From an uncultured Gammaproteobacteria bacterium (lineage in GTDB: Bacteria; Patescibacteriota; Microgenomatia; UBA8517): a stretch of DNA of 35,662 nucleotides. The notes beneath the pieces were generated by a model. The model saw only the letters and a program-made list of their open reading frames with translations. It ran no database searches and was not told the origin of the DNA. Shown here in pieces: positions 34,459-35,662 of the stretch. Location of the stretch: the NCBI GenBank assembly GCA_964439585.1, contig CAYTOP010000005.1, positions 1 to 35,662 on the forward strand, in the 5' to 3' direction. A program made the position numbers and the translations under genes. Position 1 is the first letter of the stretch, and each line of letters starts with the position of its first letter.

Positions 34459-34603
34459 AATTATATTTACTACTATTAAGTCAGAAAAGGAGAACCACTT
34501 CTTTTAAGAATTCCTAAGTGGGGTGTACGCAGAAGCTGAAATTTTCTTGCCTCTTAACATAATCTACCTTTTCTTTGCACTTATTTTACTCTTATTAAAC
34601 AAA

Positions 34604-35239
34604 TCAGTCAATCAAATTGGCTTCTACAACTTTTCTAATTATATCCCATCCAAATCCCTTTCTTGCTAGGTACGCGGTCATTTTCTGGCGGGCTTTGAAC
34701 TTGTCAAGTTTTTCCCATTTGTACAAATTTTTAATAATTAAATCTTTTGCAATTTTCTCCTCATCAACTTCAGTGCCCTCTAAAACATCCTCAATTATGT
34801 TTTTGCTAATTCCCTTAATTCTTAATTCATTAGTCAACATTCTTTTTGGTTTTGGTCTAAAATGCTGTCGTTGGTCAACCCACCATTTTGCAAATTTTTC
34901 ATCATCAATTAAATCAAAGCGCTTCAATTTATTAAAGAGGTCATCTTGCAAACTTTCATTAACTTTCTTTCTTCTCATCCAAAGATGAATTTCTTTTTCA
35001 CTTCTTGGCCTAACCATGGCGAATCTAATAAGTCGGTCGGAAATTTTTTGAAATTCAGCCTTTTTAATAACTTTCTCTATTTCTTCCAATGATAATTCTT
35101 GTTCAACTTTCAACCCCAACTTAACAAAGTTTTCTAAATCTAAACCAAATCCAAATTTACTATCTAAATAGATATTGACACGCTTGCCATTTTTTTGGGG
35201 TTTTATGGAAGTTATAACAGGCATTAGTCTAATATCCAA
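34604..35239 (-). CDS. recX: Recombination regulator RecX
   Basis: 211 aa with three helical repeats, including ...RSEKEIHLWMRRKKV...LIDDEKFAKWWV... It lies downstream of recA, the classic arrangement. The start may be the internal MPVITSIKPQ. Confidence 0.85.
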   Translation of the reverse strand: MDIRLMPVITSIKPQKNGKRVNIYLDSKFGFGLDLENFVKLGLKVEQELSLEEIEKVIKKAEFQKISDRLIRFAMVRPRSEKEIHLWMRRKKVNESLQDDLFNKLKRFDLIDDEKFAKWWVDQRQHFRPKPKRMLTNELRIKGISKNIIEDVLEGTEVDEEKIAKDLIIKNLYKWEKLDKFKARQKMTAYLARKGFGWDIIRKVVEANLID

Positions 35240-35339
35240 TTTATAATTCTTAATTTCTACTCATTATTATAATTAGTTAATCGAACAATTAAAATTCACT
35301 GAAAATTAAAAATTAGTAATTAGAAATCGAAGTTAACCC

Positions 35340-35662
35340 TCAATCTACTGCCTCGCCGATTTCTTTGGGGATTTTTTTACCTGAGGCGACTGCGTCACGA
35401 ATTTTCTTCTCCAACTCTTCCGCCAATTTTTTATCATCTCGGATAGCTGATTTTGTTCCTTCCCGCCCTTGTCCCAAAACTTTGCCGTTAAAGTTAAAAA
35501 ACGAGCCTTTCTTATCGATTAAAGCCAAGTCAACTGCAACATCCAAAAGTCCTCCCGACTTAGAAATGCCCTCTTCGTTCATAATGTCAAACTCGGCAAC
35601 TCTCAGCGGTGGAGCAACTTTATTTTTTACAATGCGTGCACGATGAGGTGAACCAATTGCAG
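35340..35662 (-). CDS. recA: Recombinase RecA, C-terminal part (5' end beyond window)
   Basis: The frame stays open to the window edge: AIGSPHRARIVKNKVAPPLRVAEFDIMNEEGISKSGGLLDVAVDLALIDKKGSFFNFNGKVLGQGREGTK... This matches the RecA C-terminal region. Confidence 0.92.
   Translation of the reverse strand, partial: AIGSPHRARIVKNKVAPPLRVAEFDIMNEEGISKSGGLLDVAVDLALIDKKGSFFNFNGKVLGQGREGTKSAIRDDKKLAEELEKKIRDAVASGKKIPKEIGEAVD

Noticed and set aside
946-35646. Other track ORFs overlapping stronger genes in another frame or strand. Examples: 946-1215, 4363-4650, 6510-6727, 6978-7331, 7511-7708, 8346-8600, 8641-8844, 9738-9983, 10349-10534, 14132-14404, 14978-15217. Further examples: 16624-16886, 17543-17794, 21804-22058, 22561-22785, 23776-24211, 25392-26201, 28238-28495, 28754-28981, 29171-29682, 32486-32977, 33262-34156, 34617-34988, 35365-35646.
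   Set aside because: Each is fully nested in, or antisense to, a gene with clear family motifs. None shows recognisable motifs or an RBS of its own.
1-35662. Scan for CRISPR arrays, tRNA/rRNA genes, IS elements and tandem repeats.
   Set aside because: I saw no regularly spaced direct repeats, no tRNA-like T-arm/acceptor patterns in the intergenic regions, and no transposase or integrase-like ORFs. The only repeats found are those reported.

Overview
AT-rich, gene-dense 35.7-kb window with most genes on the minus strand. Gene content and protein styles suggest an uncultivated small-genome bacterium; I infer Candidate Phyla Radiation / Patescibacteria, Microgenomates-like, and cannot verify this here. 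Housekeeping genes sit at the edges: dtd, yifB/comM, an alpha-glucan phosphorylase, miaA, an AI-2E transporter, a three-gene ABC-2 exporter, hup, rny, recX and the 3' part of recA. An RNase P RNA gene (rnpB) lies in the 1-kb 'empty' gap at 27.0-28.1 kb and is invisible to the ORF track. The centre looks accessory. It holds one multi-TM histidine kinase and three paralogous stand-alone receiver proteins. It also holds a polyprenyl-diphosphate synthase co-operonic with a divergent second isoprenoid-synthase-fold protein. A 936-aa secreted beta-propeller / M23 peptidase / Ig-like protein is followed by two anchored small proteins. A secretin-less type IV pilus module is also present: major pilin, PilM-PilN fusion, PilO-like protein, three plus-strand minor-pilin-like proteins, PilC and PilB. 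Non-coding signals worth follow-up are listed here. (1) A 43-bp exact duplication of the comM 3' end brackets a lone methyltransferase cassette, like an att scar. (2) rnpB carries a 19-bp-stem / 97-nt-loop P3 expansion. (3) Two inverted copies of a ~100-125-nt structured element lie 20 kb apart. (4) A locally G+C-rich leader contains two tandem sORFs. I saw no CRISPR array, tRNA, rRNA, transposase or integrase gene. All family assignments come from motifs read by eye, not from searches.
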